A stretch of DNA of 64,000 nucleotides from the human T2T-CHM13v2.0 reference genome, Homo sapiens, in the NCBI RefSeq assembly GCF_009914755.1, contig NC_060926.1; one strand, 5' to 3'. Below, piece after piece: positions 37,205-64,000 of the stretch. The position numbers and the translations under genes are program-made. Under the pieces are notes generated by a model. It was not told the origin of the DNA. It ran no database searches and saw only the letters and a list, made by a program, of their open reading frames with translations. Numbering within the stretch: position 1 is the stretch's first letter; each line of letters starts with the position of its first letter.

Positions 37205-37518
37205 GGCCGGGCGCAGTGGCTCACGCCTGTAATCCAGCACTTTGGGAGGCCAAGGCGGGAGGATTGCTTGAGGTCAGGAGTTCAAGAGCAGCCTGGTCAA
37301 CATGGTGAAACCCCATCTCTACTAAAAATACAAAAATAAGCTGGGCATGGTGGCAAGTGCCTCTAATCCCAGCCACTCTGGAGGCTGAAGCAGGAGAATC
37401 ACTTGAACCTGGTGGGGGGAGGTTGCAGGGAGCCAAAATAGGGCCACTGCACTCCAGTCTGGGAGACAGAGCGAGACTCCATCTCAAAAATAAATAAATA
37501 AATAAAAATAAAATTAAA
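37205..37518 (+). mobile_element. Alu
   Basis: GGCCGGGCGCAGTGGCTCACGCC start and (TAAA)n tail. Confidence 0.95.
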
Positions 37519-39769
37519 CACAGATGGGAGCCCCTGCCCACCGGCCCTCCTGAGAGCCGTCACCTGCAGAGGCCACAGGGGGTGTCTCCACCTGGCTGGG
37601 CCCAGTGCACGTCACCTTTGGCCTGGATGTACGGCTTCAGGTCAGGGTGTCTCTCCAACACCCCGACTCAGGCCACCGGGCCGCCCCTGAACATGGGCAT
37701 CTGTGTCAGGACTGACACAGGACTTGCTTCTGGCATATGAGGTCTTATCTCCACCTATCCAAGAGGCCCGCATGGGAGATCACACTAGCCTCCCAGCCAC
37801 TCCCCACCGTTCACAGGTCCACATGGATGCCCCTTCCTCACTCTACCCGCCCTGCCGTCCACAGGTCCACATGGATGCCCCTTCCTCACTCCACCCACCC
37901 TGCCCCCAGCAGGAACTCTCACCAGAGGCCAGGGCCACACCCTCTAAGCCCTGACCCACCTCAGGGGAGTTCAGCGGAGCCCCAGCAGGAAACGCTGCCC
38001 CTCCCCACTCAGGCTGAGGCATGGAGGGCAGGACTCTCCATGGCCACAGGGCCTCCCAGGACTCTGAGGGTGGGCGACCGGCAGTCTTGGGTCCCTGGGG
38101 GATCTGGAGGCTGCTCAGGGAGGGGCCTAGCCCATGGAGTGGGTGTCCTCAGTCTGGACCTGAAGCCAGAGGTCATGCTTGGGCCAGAAGCACGAGGTTC
38201 GGAAGGACTGACCAGGCCCCTGGCACCCCAGGGACTGTCCAGTGAAGCCCAGCCCGGATGCCCATGGGGCCATGTCTGGCCAGAGAGCCTGGCCTGTCCC
38301 TGCAGGGCCACCCTGGAGGTTGTCCTCAGGAGTGGGGGTGAACAGAGCACAGGTGTTTCTCTGGGAGGGCTCCTTTTGAGTACAGGTGCCTCTGCTTCTT
38401 GAATTTCGCCTCTGAGGAGGTGGCCTGGGCCCTCAGCCCCTCTCTCGGCAGCCCCAGGGACAAACATGCTGGTCCCCCAAGTTGGCATCCACCTCCACTG
38501 CCCGGGCCCCTGTGGCCTTGCTGGGCAGGCTGCCTCCCGGTCTCCTGGGCTGGCTCCAAGAACCTGGGTCTCTGAGAGACTCGGAGATGTACCCATCCCC
38601 AGAGGCCCCTGAACAGGGCAGCCTTTCATGGGAGGGCAGCCACTCCTGCTGCAGGGCCCACCTCTGCGGCTGTCCCTTCCCCAGAGGGACTCCTGCCAGC
38701 ATCAGCTCAAGGAGGTCCCAGCTCAGAATGAGGAGCCCCAGAGGGAGTGGAATGGGGCGGAAACGCTGGCATGGCTGCCTGCCAGGCACCTGACTTCATC
38801 TGAGGCCCCAGGAGGCCCAGACTCCGAGCCACAGAGCTCTGCGTCTGTAGGGACAGCCGGCCTGGAGGTGGCAGGCATGGCCCTGCTTCCCTCCCATTGC
38901 CCCACCTATGGGAAGCTGCCCTGCCCTGGCATCCAGACAGCCCCTGGCAGCCCCTGGGGTGGGAAGCCGTGGGCAAGTTCTGCAGACCCTCCACCACGCA
39001 TGCTGACCAGGGACTTCTCCCCTTCGGACAGGGTGGCTGGTGGTCCTTTCCGATTCCACAGGGTGGGAAACAGTGCAGGTTCCCAGGGTAAGGGTGGACC
39101 CATGGGCAGGTGACTCTGAAGGGCTCTAGCGGGAGTCAGACTCCAGAAGGACTCACAGGTGCAAGTCCAGGAAGACAAGATTCCTTTGCCCCTCAGGCAG
39201 GCAGCGTCCCTCTCCAGGTCTCAGTCCACCACCTGTGACGACCACTACGTTCTTTGACAAATGTTTTTCAAAAGTCATAGTTTATGAGTCCAGATGAAGG
39301 AAGACCAGTGCTCTGCATGCTGCCTCTGCCCACCGTGTGTCCAGCAAGCACACGGCTCCCCCTGGAGCGAATGCGGGAGAGGGTGTCTGGGGGAAAGGCC
39401 AGCCCCTCCCAGGTGCCGTTGCTCAGGTAGACAGTTTTACCCAGGGCGTCTCCAGGTCTCCAGGCAAAACTGCTTCCAGCCAACAGCGTTCCTTTGTCCC
39501 CACAGCAACAGGGTCCTGCACTCCTGTTTCCAGGGAAACCCAGCTCTCAGCGTCCCGGTTGCCACAGCAATGCCTACGGACTCAGCTGGCCATACTGTCT
39601 TACCCACAGGGCAAGAGCAACTGGGTGCCCAGGCTCGGGACACAAGACTGCAGAGCCAGGTGCCACACAGGTGTGGGGCCCGTGGACCAAGGAAGACCCT
39701 GGCCAGTTGGAGGAGAACTGCCAGGTAGCAAAGCCCAGCCTTCTCTGGGGTCCTGCGCTCTGGGCTGCA

Positions 39770-60097
<20,328 letters not shown>

Positions 60098-61149
60098 TAG
60101 CAGGCAGGGACATGGTGAGGGTGCACTGGCTCAGTGGCTGTCCCTCTTGGGGACAAGGCCACAGCTTCTTGCCACACCATGTCCCCAACCCGGCTTGGCC
60201 ACAGCAGTCTGTGGAGTGAGGGACTTCGTGGTCCACCCCTACTGCCCCCCACCCGGAGAAGGAGGGCAGGGATCTCAGAATGGGGCACTGGGGCCGCACC
60301 CCAGCTCTGGTGTGGACCACGCTCTTTGGAGAGGCAGGTTGTTCTCCGTAGGCCGGACTCCTGGCCAGACTTCAGGAGCAGGGACCTTGGAAGGAGCCTG
60401 GGGCTGCACTGCTGCTCACAGCACCTGGCCGTGGCCCCCCAGGTCCCCCTGCAGCCTTTCCCACTCCAACTTCTGAGACCCTGAGGCATGCAGGGGGTCA
60501 GGGCACAGAGCTCCAGGCACCAGCCCCTGTGGGAGGGAGACATCCAGGTGTTCATGCCCTGCTCGGATCTCTCCATGGTCGTGGGACCCCCTGAAGCTGC
60601 TGTGGCCTTGGGTACCGTGGCTCTCCAGCCAGGCAGTCCCTGAGGGCCTGAAGGTGTTCCCAACAGCCCTCCAGCAAAGGGGGACTGGACGCCCAGCCCC
60701 TGCATGCTATGGGCACCACGGGCAAGGATTTCCCCAGGAAGACGGGCCCCCCGGAAGATGTGCTGCGCCAGGTGGAGGCAGGAGCCGGAGGGGCAGCCGC
60801 GTTTCTGGCCTCCAGTTGCCTCCACAGACGTCCCTCAGACAAGCCTGTCCCAGAGGGGCCGCCACTCGCCCCCGAGGTCCCAGCCCCGAGCCCCCCACAG
60901 CTGCTGCTCCTGAAAGGCAGGTGTCAGACAAACCAGCCGAGGTTTACACCCCGAGAGGGAATGCCGGCCTCTGCATAGCGTCAGCGGGAGCCGTGCTATC
61001 AGCAAGGAGTCATCGCCTATGCCAGGCCTTCTGGCTCGAGGCGTTTGAGGCAGATCTCATGTTCCCACTGCCTGGTCCCTGTCCTTGGACCGCTGGACAG
61101 GTCACCTGAGGATCCCGGGAGCCGATTCCGCTGTGTGAGAACAAATGCC

Positions 61150-62560
<1,411 letters not shown>

Positions 62561-62574
62561 GTCATGTGTGCCTG

Positions 62575-62577
<3 letters not shown>

Positions 62578-62616
<39 letters not shown>
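62578..62616. repeat. (TG)n microsatellite
   Basis: About 19 perfect TG units. Confidence 0.97.
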
Positions 62617-62618
<2 letters not shown>

Positions 62619-62880
62619 CAAGAAATTGCGTACACTCCCCGATGGTCTGTGACTTCACCAACTCCTGGCCTAAGTGTTCCAGCCGTTCAGGCCAGCCCAG
62701 CCCTGCATTCAGGAAGAGGCTGTGAATCTGGACTCTCATGAGTTTAAGCGGCAGGTTAATCTGGCAGCCACACCTCCATGTTGCCAAGAAGTGTCTCAGC
62801 CTGCTCTTGTGATGAACACAGAGTGCAGGAGGCGGTGCGGCTGAAGCAAGCGTCTACCCCGTACAGCAGGCACGGGGTGG

Positions 62881-63287
62881 CATGCCCTCGGAGGGCGTGC
62901 AGACAGGTGTAACGGGCTCAGAGGAGCACGCCCTCGGAGGGCGTGCAGACAGGGGTAACGGGCTCAGAGGAGCATGCCCTCGGAGGGTGTACAGACAGGT
63001 GTAATGCACACAGAGGGGCATGCCCTCTGGAGGTGTATGGCCAGGTATGGGTTCACAGAGTCATGCCCTCCAGAGTGTGTATGACCAGGTGTAATGGGCT
63101 CAGAGGAGCATGCCCTCGGAGGGTGTATGGCCAGGTATGGGTTCAGAGAGTCGTGCCCTCCAGCGGGTGCATGGCCAGGTGTAATGGGCACAGAGGGGCA
63201 TGCCCTCTGGAGGGTGTACAGCCAGGTGGAATGGACACAGAGGGATGTGTTCTCCGGAGGGTGTATGGCCAGGTGTTATGGGCTCAG
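62881..63287. repeat. Degenerate 43-47-bp minisatellite, about 9 copies
   Basis: CATGCCCTC.GAGGGTGTATGGCCAGGTGTAATGGGCTCAGAGGAG-like units; GCCCTC anchors spaced 46, 46, 46, 43, 47, 43 and 47 nt. Confidence 0.9.
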
Positions 63288-64000
63288 CTGGGGGGAATCT
63301 CAGGTGTGGGATCAGGTGAGGGGGTCAGGCAAGCTTCATGAAGGTGAGTTGATCTAATACCTGAAGTTCTTCAAGGTCTCGTTCTATTGTTTCCGCTGGT
63401 TTCTGGTCATGGTCCTCTCTGGGGGTTCTGGAGAACGGGCAGGATGTGAGTGCTCTACCTGAAGGCACCCTGGAGGAGCAGGGGTGGGGCTGTCACAGGC
63501 AGGCAGAGGTGGTAGAAACACAGTAGCACCCTGAGTTCCAGAGGTCAGTGAGCAGGAGAAGGTGAGTGCAGGGCCTAGAAGGTGGTGTGGAGACTCTGAG
63601 ACTTCTGGCTTTCATCTTAGCTCCCTGCAAGGCTGGAACCACTGTGCACACACAATTCCCCCCATTCCTGCCCCCACACAGAGTCCTCCCACTCCGCTCC
63701 ATTACAGCCTAATCACTGGCCTTGTCTCGGTTGTGGCTTCCCACCCTCCTCCCTGCTGAACTGGGTACCCAGTGCTAGAGGCTTCTAACTTGCTTCTGTG
63801 TCCCTGGCACCTTCGAAGTGCCAGACCAACACCTGGACATCTTCAGGAGCCCTCCAGAGTAAGGAGAAAGACTGTACTGGAGAAAGGCAGCCCGTCCTCT
63901 TCCATTGGAGTGGCAGGGCAGGAGCCCTGTGCTGCAGAAATGTCTGCCCCAGCAGGGGCCAGGCCTGGTTCTGGGGTGTTCCAAGCCTGAGCAGTTCCTG

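Overview
Human subtelomeric locus at 2q37.3, identified from gene content. It holds three genes. (1) The complete AGXT gene (+ strand, 11 exons, 392 aa peroxisomal alanine-glyoxylate aminotransferase). It carries the major-haplotype residues Pro11/Ile340, a 139-bp intron 1 and a long (~37-unit) intron-4 VNTR. (2) The complete, convergent MAB21L4/C2orf54 gene (- strand, 5 coding exons, 447 aa, Mab-21/cGAS-like fold), with an internal alternative first exon. (3) Coding exons 1-5 of CROCC2 (+ strand), which continues beyond the window. The remainder is Alu, L1, LTR, ERVL and MER remnants, an intronic CpG island and five minisatellites. Almost all entries in the ORF track are chance or repeat-derived. 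I see no evidence for a wholly new gene system. The most promising observation is that tandem repeats sit on RNA-processing and regulatory signals: a 42-bp in-frame VNTR repeats the CROCC2 exon-2 splice donor seven times; the AGXT VNTR units each carry an imperfect heat-shock element and a donor-like site just downstream of an intronic AATAAA; AGXT intron 1 has an in-frame decoy acceptor; and there is a telomere-like G4 array. Also notable are a copy of the AGXT 3'UTR inserted into an L1, an LTR-donated poly(A) signal and a nested GATA palindrome. Repeat subfamily names are from recall, not from RepeatMasker.
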